Positions 26,773-39,920 of a stretch of DNA of 64,000 nucleotides are shown here, piece by piece. The notes beneath the pieces are model-generated. The model was not told the origin of the DNA and did not search any database. It saw only the letters and a list, made by a program, of their open reading frames with translations. Within the stretch, counting starts at the first letter, position 1, and each line of letters starts with the position of its first letter. The position numbers were made by a program, and so were the translations under genes. Origin of the DNA: Octopus vulgaris (Eukaryota); NCBI GenBank assembly GCA_951406725.2, contig OX597840.1, positions 35,154,001 to 35,218,000 of the forward strand, in the 5' to 3' direction.

Positions 26773-27096
26773 CGTAGATGAGTGAAAAAATGCATTGTAG
26801 ATAAACGGCAGATAAAAAACGTCCGTATAAGACACAGAGGGTCCCTAATTCTTCATCAGTTGTCAACCAGAATGGTAATACTCAGTTTTGCACCTTTCAT
26901 AATAAGACCGAGGGGCTTAATCATCTTGGCGGTGCCTGCAAAAGACGCAGAGAGTCAGGCCTCAAGCAAACAAAATTATATATATAGTAATAATAATAAT
27001 AATAATGATAATAATCCAGGGATGGAACTTATGAATATTTTGATGCATCAGCTTAAATTCCACGCAAGGAATATTATTATTATTGTATTTATCCTA

Positions 27097-27575
27097 AGTT
27101 AAGTTAATTTTTTGGCTCAAAAAGCAAAAGCAGGGCCATGTAGGGGGACATGGAGTTATGTACAGGGAGGGTGTTCATGCAATGAGTTCAGGCCACTGTG
27201 TGGTACCTTGGGTAAATGTCTCCTCTTATATAGCACCAAGCTGACCAAAGCTTTGTGAGGAGATTTGGAAGACGGAAACTAAAAGAAGCCTGTTTCATAT
27301 ATATATACACACACATACACATATAGTTGTGGGAAGATGGCTTGGGTTTGATATTATTTAGTTGAGGAGGCTGTTAAGTTAAGTAAATTTTTTGGCTTAA
27401 AAAGCAAAAAGCAAGGCCATGTAGGGGGACATGGAGTTGTGTACAGGGTGGTGTTCATGCAAAGAGTTCAGGCCATTTCTGGTCAAGAGAGACTTTGAAC
27501 CGAGCGGTCGTCAGCATCTTCACTATCTCATCCGGCAGATTATTCCATGGATCCGCAACCCGGACGGAGAAAGAT
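27097..27575 (-). mobile_element. Second CR1-like family, two 3' end fragments interrupted by a SINE piece
   Basis: aagttaagttaattttttggc tail occurs twice; reverse complement encodes FSVRVADPWNNLPDEIV; sister copy at 53197-53422 (+). Confidence 0.75.
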
Positions 27576-27586
27576 TATATTGGCAC

Positions 27587-28386
27587 AGCTTGGTGCAACC
27601 CCCCAAAAATTGCTGTCAGGATGTAGCTGGCACAAGAAAATAGGAGCTTTTGTATACATATTCAAAGACATTCCTGTAAACAGACTCAAAGGATCTATCT
27701 ATCTATATATATATATATATATATATATACAATACCATCTGAAAACCTTTGGGACATTAAGGACAGGCCCCAGAATTCTTCCCATCATCAGAAGTTACCC
27801 TTAATGAGGCCAAACTCAACTTTACATTTTTCAATCCTTATCATGTGCTCTTCATAACACACACACACACACACAGGTGGAGTGCTTTTTGATTGACTTC
27901 GATGAATAGTTTAGAAATTTGGGGACAGATTTTTTTTACATTTTCCTTTTTTTTCTCCCTAAGGAGCAGGTCCTTATTTAAGGATTTTGTGGAGGTGAGC
28001 TTGGTGCAACCCCACAAAATTGCTGTTAGGTTGTAACTGGCACGAGAAAATAGGAGCATTTGTATACATACTCAAAGACATTTATGTAAACAGACTCAAA
28101 GGATCTATAGATATATACAGAATACCATCTGAAAACCTTTGGGACATTAAGGACAGGCCCAGAATTCTTCCCATCATCAGAAATTACCCTTAATGAGGCC
28201 AAACTCAACTTTACATTTTTCATTCCTCTTCATGTGCTCTTCATAACACACACACACACACATGGGATGAATAGTTTAGAAATTTGGGGACAGATTTTTT
28301 TTTTACATTTTTCTTTTCTTTTTTTTTTTTTTTCATTTTTTTTCCCCTAAGGAGCAGGTCCTTATTTAAGGATTTTGTGGAGGTGG
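27587..28386. repeat. Tandem duplication of about 400 bp of non-SINE sequence
   Basis: Units 27587-27997 and 27998-28386, each agcttggtgcaacc...gattttgtggaggtg. Confidence 0.92.
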
Positions 28387-28938
28387 GAGTTGAAGGTTGA
28401 AGTCCCTCACTCACTGCTACCGAATCTGAAGAACTTCCATTTATCTTCACGTTCGGCATTGGTAAACTCACATCGGAGAGTGTGGCTGTATTATTTCTAC
28501 AGGATGTCATCAACTTCCGGAATATTCTAATTGAGATTTTCCTGCTAACTTTTCCGGAATTGCTTTTGGTTAATTAACTAATTAATTTGTCTTCTGTGGT
28601 CTTTTACTGTAAACAAATACTGCTTTTTCTTTTTGTTTTCGTTTTCGTTATTATTATTATTATTATTATTATTTTTTTTTTTTCCATTTCACTTCCCAGA
28701 TGTGTGTCCCAGTGAATGGGGTGGGACAAGGTAGAAGAGGAGGATGAAGATGTGGAGGCTTTCATTGGTGGCCCTTATACCTGTGTATTACATGTTTGCA
28801 GCTGTCTATTAAGGGATTTGAAACTGTATTTTCGAGTTTAAAAATATGTTTCTTTTTTTTACCGTTTACTTGTTTCAGTCATTAGGCTGCGACCATTCTG
28901 GGGCAGAAAATAATTTGTTATGTGTGTAATATATACAT

Positions 28939-29340
28939 AGGCGCAGGAGTGGCTGTGTGGTTAGTAGCTTGCTTACCAACCACATGGTTCCGGGTTCAGT
29001 CCCACTGCGTGACACCTTGGGCAAGTGTCTTCTACTATAGCCTCGGGCCGACCAAAGCATTGTGAGTGAATTTGGTAGACGGAAACTGAAAGAAGCCCGT
29101 CGTATATATGTATATATATATGCGTGTATATGTTTGTGTCTGTCTTTGTCCTCCCAACATCGCTTGACAACCGATGCTGGTTTGTTTATGTCCCCATAAC
29201 TTAGCGGTTCGGCAAAAGAGACCGATAGAATAAGTACTAGGCTTACAAAGAATAAGTCCTGGGGTCGATTTGCTCGACTAAATGCGGTGCTCCAGCATGG
29301 CTACAGTCAGTTGACTGAAACAGCTAAAAGAATAAAAGAA
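28939..29340 (+). mobile_element. tRNA-derived SINE family A, full-length representative
   Basis: A box tggctgtgtgg, B box ggttcagtccc, CORE-like ccttgggcaagtg, internal (TA/TG)n, (gtaaaaga)n-type tail. Confidence 0.9.
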
Positions 29341-29721
29341 ATAATCTACATATACGCACACACGCATATATATATATAATATGCATATGTATATTATATA
29401 TGTATATAATATACATGTATATATTATATTTATGTATACAAATATTTATTTATATATGTTTATATATTATTTATATATTTATGTATATAAATATATATTT
29501 ATGTTTATATATATTTATATATATATGCATGTATATATTACACATATACTGTAACGCATGCATGTCTATATATTAGTGGTATATTGTAGCTTGTGGTTAG
29601 AACAAAAAATACAATTACGATGTTTGAGTGACTCTGTATATATATGGAGAATGAGGGAGAGAGAGAGAGAGAAGAAGAGAGAGATAGTGAGCAATATGTG
29701 CTTTTGGAAAATCTTGGTTAG

Positions 29722-30122
29722 TAGGCATAGGAGTGGCTGTGTGGTAAGTAGCTTGCTTACCAACCACATGGTTCTGGGTTCTCTCCCACTGTGTGGCACC
29801 TTGGGCGAGTGTCTTCTACCATAGCCTCGGGCTGACCAAAGCCTTGTGAGTGGATTTTGGTAGACGGAAACTGAAAGAAGCCCGTCATATATATGTATAT
29901 ATATATGTTTGTGTGTCTGTGTTTGTCCCCTCAACATCGCTTGACAACCGATGCTGGTGTGTTTACGTCCCGTTAACTTAGCGGTTCGGCAAAAGAAACC
30001 GATAGAATAAGTACTAGGCTTACAAAGAATAAGTCCTGGGGTCAATTTGCTCGACTAAAAGCAGTGCTCCAGCATGGCCACAGTCAAATGACTGAAACAA
30101 ATTAAAAGAGTAAAGAGTAAAA
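29722..30122 (+). mobile_element. SINE family A
   Basis: Full-length copy; another partial copy at 30609-30892. Confidence 0.88.
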
Positions 30123-31744
30123 TAATAGTTTATTATTCAAAAATGCTTTGTCTGCAGCAGTGAAGCCTATGAGAAACGGCCACATACCACTGACTGGTTA
30201 AGTCCTGCTGTAGCAATGGTATGGACTTAATGAGTTGGTTATCTCACACAAACTGCTGTTTTGAAGTTTAAGCTTGAAATCCTTACCTTTCCCTCTGTCC
30301 CTTTTTGCAATGTTAATCCCCGCTGCCCTCCCTCCCTTCCTTGCGGCTTCGTTAAGACACTTAAACATGCGTGTCAACGACCGGACTTTTATCAGGTGTG
30401 TCGTTATCAGAAATTGAAATTCCAAAGGTGAAATATAATCAAAAAGAAAAACACAAAAGAAAAAAAATAAGAAGCGAAAATCATCATCATCATCATCATC
30501 ATCATTTAGTGTCCGCTTTCCATGCTAGCATGGGTTAGACGGTTCGACCGGGGTCTGGGAAGCCAGAAGGCTGCACCAGGCCCAGTCTGATCAGGCAGTG
30601 TTTATAATGCCTTGTGAGTGGATTTGGTAGACGGAAACTGAGAGAAGCCTGTCGTATATATGTATATATATGTGTGTGTGTGTGTATGTGTTTGTCTCCC
30701 TAGCATTGCTTGACAACCGATGCTGGTGTGTTTACGTCCCCGTCACTTAGCAGTTCAGCAAAATAAGTAGAGTAGGCAAAATAAGAATAAGTAGTGGGTT
30801 TACAAAGAATAAGTTCCGGGGTCGATTTGCTCGACTAAAGGCGGTGCTCCAGCATGGCCACAGTCAAATGACTGAAACAAGTAAAAGAGTAATATATATA
30901 TATATTTATATAAGTGTATATTAATTAGATTAATATCAATTTAAACCAGTGGCCTAGCATATTGAAAAAAATCTGAAGATTCAGAAAATTATATTACACA
31001 CACATGTAAGCGGAATGACCACTAGGTGGACTCCTAATATGCTAAATGTAGACCCCATATGGTCTGACTACTGAGAAAAATTGTTCTTCTGATTACAATT
31101 TTTTTATATAAATGCAAAAAAATCTAGATGTGTGTTTATGTGTAAAATATACATATATATGTATGTGTGTGTAATTTATTCAAAAGTATTCATTTTTTGC
31201 TTAAAACAAAATAACAAAAAAATAAATATAATTTACAAAATATCTATAAAAAAATGAAATTGTTAAAGGAAAGTTCTCCTCTTCTGCCTCCCGGCTCCTC
31301 CCCGCCTCTTCTGGTCCCACACTATTTTGCATGTCATGTGTATATCCATCATGTTTGTATATGATTGACTTATTATTCGCAGAGTGACGGCTCGAATGAG
31401 GAAAAGCGATGAAAATAGATGAAGAAAAACAAAAAGGAATTCAATAAACAATGATAAAAATAAAATAAATAAATAAAAATTAATTACAAAATGGAAAAAA
31501 AAGAATCGTTTCATTTTCTTGTTTTAATTGAACAAAACTTTTTGTTTCTTTCTTGTTTGAATTTTTTGATTTTAATTAAAAATTGACAAAGAAAACAAAT
31601 GGGAGAAAAAAACGAATAAAGGGAATTTTTGTGAAATAAAATTAAAAGAAAAAAAAAGGGAAACCCCAAAAAACTATTCCATCCCCTTCATGTGATTACA
31701 AATTGCCATATTCTAATCAAATTTCGGTTTTATTGTTTGAAATT

Positions 31745-32150
31745 CTTCTTCTCTCTTCTCTCCTCCTCTTCTTCCTCCATCACCCTTTTCTTCCCCCTCT
31801 TCCTCTCTCCTCTCCTCTTCTTCCCCCATTACCTTTTTCTCTTCCTCCTCTCTTCTCTCCTCCTCCTCTTATTCGCCCATCACTCTTTTCTCCCCCTCTT
31901 CTTCTTTTTCTTCTCTTTCTTTCTTCTTCTTCACTTATTTTTTCTTCTTCTTATCCTTCTTCTCTTTTTTCTTCTCTTTCTTCTCTTTCCTCCTCTTCTT
32001 CTTCTTCTCCCTCTTCTTCTTCTTCTTCTTCTTCTTCTTCTTCTTCTTCTTCTTCTTCTTCTTCTTCTTCTTCTTCTTCTTCTTCTTCTTCTTCTTCTTC
32101 TTCTTCTTCTTCTTCTCCCTCTTCTTCCACCACCACCACCACCACCACCA
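31745..32150. repeat. Polypyrimidine (CTT)n tract
   Basis: More than 25 perfect CTT units plus degenerate flanks. Confidence 0.92.
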
Positions 32151-33119
32151 CTATTACGAAGGTAGTGAGCTGGTAGAGCTGTTAGCACTCCTGCTAAAAT
32201 GCTTTGTGGTCATTTCTTCCAGCTTAACGTTCTGGGTTCAAATTCCGCCAAGGTCGACTTTAGCTTCCATCCTTTCAGGGCCGATGAAATAAGTACCAGT
32301 TGAAAACCGGGGTCGATGTAATCAACTAGCCCCTTCCCTTGTGCATGTAGCAGAAATGGTTATTATTACTATGCCAGTGAGTTGGCAGAATCGTTGGCAC
32401 ACTGGACGAAATGCTAAGCAGTATTTCACCCATCGCTACATTCTGAGTTCAAATTCCACCGAGGTCAGCTTTGCCTTTCATCCTTTTGTACCAGGGGTGA
32501 CTCGGGGTTCTAGCTAAACTATGAGTGATGGAAACTGCTTGGGGTCCAAGTAGATTGTTCATATAGTTACGTGAAGCAATGGCAAGAAGAATATTGAGCT
32601 TTATTTGGTAACCAGTTGATCTAGCAAACGGGGCCTCATATCAGTGAGGGCGGGGAGCTGGTGCGCAATGATGTCATCGAGAGAGAGGCCCCGAAACAGC
32701 ACGCATTCTTTCCTGATGACCCCATACACTTGCTGGTTTCCGGAATGATGAGCTTTCGACGGGTAGTACTTACATGCAAAAGGTGTCTGCATAAAGGGAC
32801 ATAACTTTAATTCTAGTGGATTTATCTCCCTTGTTTTTTTTTTTAACTTCATCGGCAGAATCTACCAAGTGAAGTGCCACCAAGGCACGAAACTCACACC
32901 ACTGCGAACTTTTGCTGATTAAATTGAAATTTACTTATCTACTTATCTACACACACACACGTACATAGGACAGTAATATCGCCATGAAACGAAATCTCTC
33001 TTGGGCTGCTACGTTACGTCACACTTAGAAGGCTATGATTTAGCAATCCAAAAACAGGAGATTGCTACTAAATGCCTAATAAATGGAGTTCCAAGAGGCA
33101 ACTAAAAAAGTAGTTCCTT

Positions 33120-33365
33120 AGCTAAGAGTTGCTGAAGCATGGAACAAACTGCCAGCATCAGTTGTTAGTTGTCAGAGCACTGCATCCTTCAAAACTTCCA
33201 TGCTTTCTGAGATTCGCCAACACTACACCTGATCTTTCTCCCCTCCATACACACACAAGCATGTATCTGACTCATACACTGTTCACTTCCCAGACATTAC
33301 TGCATATGCTTTATACGCACTTTCTGACAAGTTGTGGTGCACCTGAGCACTGTATACAATAATTT
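33120..33365 (+). mobile_element. CR1-clade LINE 3' end (same family as 13514-14785)
   Basis: LRVAEAWNKLPASVVSC..FKTSM followed by 3' UTR gttgtggtgcacctgagcactgtatacaataattt. Confidence 0.85.
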
Positions 33366-33524
33366 GCTGTAGTCCATCTTTCATGCCAAGACAAAACAAT
33401 GTACATGATAACACTTCCAATCAGTTAAGATCAGAAACCGTGAGAGCCACTGCCTGGTACGTCATCAGGGCATTATGATGATTATTATTATTATTATTAT
33501 TTTCATTATTATTATTATTATTAT

Positions 33525-34188
<664 letters not shown>

Positions 34189-34204
34189 TTCTCTTTTTTT
34201 TTTT

Positions 34205-34562
34205 TTTACTTGTTTCAGTCATTTGACTGCGGCCATGCTGGAGCACCGCCTTTCAGTCGAGCAAATCGGCCACAGGTTTTATTCTTTGTAAGCCTACTAC
34301 TTATTCTATCAGTTTCTTTTGCCGAACCGCTAAGTAACGGGGACGTAAATATACCAGCATCGGTTGTCAAGCGATGTTAGTGCGGACAAACACAGACACA
34401 CAAACACACACACATATATATACATATACACGATGGGCTTCATTCAGTTTCCGTCTACCAAATCCACTCACAAGACTTTGGTCGGCCCAAGGCTATAGTA
34501 GAAGACACTTGCCCAAGGTGCCACGCAGTGGGAATCAACCTGGAACCATGTGGTTGGTAAGC
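34205..34562 (-). mobile_element. SINE family A
   Basis: Near full-length reverse-complement copy. Confidence 0.85.
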
Positions 34563-34651
34563 ACATATATATATATTTACATATATATATATATATACAC
34601 ATATGACGCTAAATGATGATGATATAATATACAAATATATATATACATATA

Positions 34652-35264
34652 CAGTTGCGGCCAAAATGTTCAGAACGGCATTGCTTTCGTCAGAAAAGTA
34701 AGTATAAGTTTTTATCAAAGTAGTTTTATATTTTATAATTTTCACAGACAATAAATACAATATTAATTGTTATTGTCTGAGATTTTGGTGTAATTTGAGA
34801 GGATAATACAAAAGTTATGAATGATTTAGTGATTTACTGCAAAACCGATGGCGGCCAAAATGATCAGAACGGTTAGAAAAATAACAAAATAATCAAAAAT
34901 TGGTAACAGAGTAAGTGGCATTATATTAGCAAAATACACAGCAAATATTCTTACTAATGTTTAGTAAACGAACCGTCATGTAAACAAATTCAAAACATTA
35001 GAGTTCGCCGGTTAAATATACTAAAACACGGAGTAAAAGCAACCGTTCTGATCATTTTGGCCGCCATGGGTTTTGCAGCAAATCACTAAATCATCCATAA
35101 CTTTTGTATTATCCTCTCAAATTACACCAAAATCTCAGGCAATAACAAATTATATCGTATTTATTGACTGTGAAAATTATAGAATATAAAACAACTTTGA
35201 TAAAAAAATTATCTCTACTTTTCTGATGAAAACAATGCCGTTCTGAACATTTTGGCCGCCACTG
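34652..35264. mobile_element. Tc1-family IR/DR-type non-autonomous element with TIRs of about 222 bp
   Basis: ta|cagttgcggccaaaatgttcagaacgg ... ccgttctgaacattttggccgccactg|ta; the same motif recurs at the inner ends of the arms (34850-34873, 35041-35066). Confidence 0.92.
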
Positions 35265-35339
35265 TATATATATATACATATATATATACATATATATACA
35301 TATATACATATATATATATATATACATGTATATATATAC

Positions 35340-35376
<37 letters not shown>

Positions 35377-35384
35377 CATACATG

Positions 35385-35422
<38 letters not shown>

Positions 35423-35439
35423 CATGTATATATATATAC

Positions 35440-35470
<31 letters not shown>

Positions 35471-35488
35471 CACATATATATATACATG

Positions 35489-35542
<54 letters not shown>

Positions 35543-35546
35543 CATG

Positions 35547-35620
<74 letters not shown>

Positions 35621-35968
35621 CATATATATATACACACATATATATATACACACATATATATATACACACATATATATATACACTTATATATACATATATA
35701 TATATATGTGTGAAGCAAAATCATGTAGCAACACCAAATGGCCACATCTCGTGAGCTGAAACTAGATAAAATAAATAAATAAAATATTAAAAAAAAATAT
35801 ATATATATTTATATGTATATATATATATGTGTGTATATATGTACATATATGCGGTTAAGTAATTGAGATTCAAGTGAATTCTAAAGAATTCACATGAATA
35901 TGGTCCTTAACTAGGATGCACCGGAAATCTATATGGTGTTAACCATACGACAAGTGGGGTGATTACAA

Positions 35969-36233
35969 ATAGGAAAAAAGCAACAAGAATGGATTAAAAT
36001 CTCGGTACGATCGTTTCGTACGAGGACATCTTTAATAAGCTACAAAAAATGCAGTTAATCTTACAACCTCTTTTGTATCTACCCCTTTTGATGTTTGGGA
36101 ATTCTCTGATGTTTTTTCGGCTGACGAGTACGAGCCATCTGTATTTACTGCATTTTTTGTAGCTTATTAAAGATGTCCTCGTACGAAACGATCGTACCGA
36201 GATTTTAATCCATTCTTGTTGCTTTTTTCCTAT
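35969..36233. repeat. Perfect 87-bp inverted repeat with 91-bp spacer
   Basis: 35969-36055 is the exact reverse complement of 36147-36233 (checked by eye). Confidence 0.95.
36115..36202 (+). ncRNA. Type I hammerhead ribozyme (Penelope-like element type)
   Basis: tttcgg CTGACGA GTACGAG..CTCGTAC GAAA CGATCG TA ccgaga: intact core, 7-bp stem II, palindromic stem III, GUA site, closing stem I. Confidence 0.85.
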
Positions 36234-36349
36234 ATGTATATATATGTATATATGTATATGAGTATATGTGTGTATATATGTATATGTATGGTGCATATAT
36301 ATATATAAATCCTTAGAAATGTTTCACCTCGAAGGCTGCAGCCATGTTG

Positions 36350-36867
36350 TAAATATATGTACATGTATATATATGTATCTATGTTTATACATGTGTTTGT
36401 ATATATATATATGAATGTTTATATATGTATAAATATATATGTGTGTATATATACACAGATATGTATATACATATCTATATATGTATATATGTGTATATAT
36501 ATATGTATATAAATATATATATGTATACATATATATATATATTTATATATATATTTGTATATATATGTATATGTGTATACATATGTTTATATATGTGTGT
36601 ATATGTGTACATGTATACGTATATGTATGTATATATATGTATATATATGTGTATATATATGTGTGTATATATGTATATGTATATATATGTGTATATATGT
36701 ATATGTATATGTATGGATATATATATATATATGTGTATATGTATATATATGTATATATATATATATACATGTGTATGTATGTATATGTATGTATACGTAT
36801 GTATACTTATGTGTATATGTATATGTATGTGTGTATATATATATGAATATATATGTGTGTATATATG

Positions 36868-36907
<40 letters not shown>

Positions 36908-37881
36908 TGTATATATGCATATATGTATATGTAAATATATGTATATATATGTATATGTATGTATATATATGTGTATGTGTATATATATATGTATATATAT
37001 GTATTTATATATGTATATATATGTGTGCATATGTGTATATATATATATAAGTTTATATATGTGTGTATGTGTACATGTATATGTATATGTATGTATATAT
37101 ATGTGTATATATATGTGTGTATATATGTATATGTATATATATGTGTATATATGTATATGTATATATATATGTATATGTATGTATATATATGTATATGTGT
37201 ATATATGTACATGTATATGTATATGTATGGCATCCAGCTGTAGAAACATTGCCAGATAAGACTGGAGCCTGGTGCAGCCTTCTGGCTTCCCAGACCCCGG
37301 TCGAACCGTCCAACCCATGCCAGCATGGAGAATGGACGTTAAACGATGATGATGATGATATGTGTATGTATGTGTATCTATGTATATATATCATCATCAT
37401 CATCATCGTATATATATGTATATGTATATATATATATACATATACATATATATATATGTATATATATACATATATGTATGTATATCTATCTGTATATGTA
37501 TGTATATGTGTATATATGTGTATATATGTATATATATGTATGTATATATATGTATATATGTATATGTGTATATATGTGTATGTGTATATATGTATATATA
37601 TATATATATATATATGGATATATGTATATGTATATATGCATATATGTATATATATATGTATGTGTATGTATGCATGCATGTATGTATATATATGTGTGTA
37701 TATATGTGTATGTATGTGTATATATATATATGTGTATGTGTATATATATGTATGTGTATATGTATGTAGATTTATGTATGTATGTGTGTATATATATATA
37801 TATGTATACATATATATATATATGAACATGTATGTATATATATATTTGTGCGTATATAGATATGTGTATGTATATATATGC

Positions 37882-37923
<42 letters not shown>

Positions 37924-38514
37924 ATATGTGTATATATGTATATGTATGTATATATGTATATATGTGTATATGTATGTATATATGTATATGTGTATATATA
38001 TATATATGTGTATATGTGTGTGTGTATATATATATATATGAATATTTATATATGTATATATATATATATATGTGTGTGTATATATATATATATGTATATG
38101 TATGTATATATATATATATACACATATATATATATGTGTGTGTGTATATATATATGTATATGGATATATATATGTATACATATATCTATGTATATATATA
38201 TATATATTTATGTGTATATTTGTATATATATGTATATGTGTATATATGTGTATATGTATATGTGTATATATATATGTACTTATATGTATATATATGTATG
38301 TGTATAGATATATATATATACATGTGTGTATATATGTATATATATGTATGTATGTATATGTGCGTATGTATGCATATATATATACATGTATATATATGTA
38401 TATATGCATGTATATATATATGTATATATATGTGTGGATATATGTATGGATATATATATATATGTGCTTGTATTTTTGTATATGTGTGCATACATATATA
38501 TATGTATATGTGTG

Positions 38515-38575
<61 letters not shown>

Positions 38576-39046
38576 GTATGTATATATATATGTATATATA
38601 TGTATGTGTCTATATATATATGTATGTATATGTATATATATGTATATATATGTATGTATATATATATGTATATGTATATACATATATATATATATACATG
38701 TATATATGTGTATATATACGTATATATATATATGTATATGTATGTATGTGTGTATATATGTATATGTGTATATATATATATGTATATGTATGTATATATG
38801 TATATATATATATATGTATATATGTATGTATATGTGTGTATGTGTATACATGTATATATGTATACATATATATATATATGTATATATATGTGTATATATA
38901 TGTGTATGTATGTATATATGTAAGTGTATATGTATGTGTGTATATATCTGTGTGTATGTATATGTATGTATACGTATATATATGTATATATATACATATG
39001 TATATGCATATATATATATGTATATATATACATATATATATGAAAG

Positions 39047-39082
<36 letters not shown>

Positions 39083-39415
39083 AGATCATTAGCTCCTACA
39101 CGCATTTTTTTGTCTCCTTTTTTCTCTCCTTGTTTTTTTGCTGTGTCTCTTTCTGGAGAAGAGCTTAGGCTCGAAACGTAAAAGACTTTTTCTTTTCCTG
39201 AGCTCCATACTAATACATTTGCTTGTTTGTACTCCACCTGCCTTCGTCTTTTGTTTATTTTTGTAAACCTTCCCATTATATATATACATATATATATATA
39301 CATATATATATATACATATATATATATATACATACATATATATATATACACACATATATATATATATATATATACATATACATACATATATATATATACA
39401 CACATATATATACAT

Positions 39416-39478
<63 letters not shown>

Positions 39479-39570
39479 CATACATATATATATATATTTA
39501 TATATATACATACATACATATATATATATATACATACATATATATATATACATACATATATATATATATT

Positions 39571-39619
<49 letters not shown>

Positions 39620-39771
39620 TTATATATATACATATATATATATATTTATATATATACATACATACATATATATATATATACATACATATATATATATATA
39701 CATACATATATATATATACATACATATATATGTATGTATATATATATATATACATACATATATATATATAT

Positions 39772-39802
<31 letters not shown>

Positions 39803-39820
39803 CATACATATATATATATA

Positions 39821-39852
<32 letters not shown>

Positions 39853-39867
39853 CATACATATATATAT

Positions 39868-39898
<31 letters not shown>

Positions 39899-39920
39899 CA
39901 TACATATATATATACATATA
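36350..39920. repeat. Very long compound (TA/TG/CA)n microsatellite
   Basis: About 3.5 kb of alternating purine-pyrimidine sequence with two small insertions; similar tracts at 4220-4750, 33810-34190, 35265-35710, 42560-43330, 50830-51010 and 61030-61590. Confidence 0.97.
39080..39278 (+). mobile_element. Penelope-like pseudo-LTR remnant with variant hammerhead core (family also near 6490 and 24210 on -, and 47875, 48565, 59040 on +)
   Basis: cttt CTGGAGAA GAGC ttag GCTC GAAA CGTA aaag..ttcctgagc..taatacat..cacctg.cttcgtc; every copy sits beside (TA)n-type repeats. Confidence 0.7.

Noticed and set aside
31692-32188. Poly-L/S/E/R ORFs
   Set aside because: (CTT)n microsatellite.
37486-39633. 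715-aa ORF and many other Y/I/C/V/H/T-rich ORFs (e.g. 4309-4965, 12209-13378, 33581-34380, 61022-61625)
   Set aside because: Translations of (TA/TG/CA)n repeats that lack stop codons; no coding complexity.
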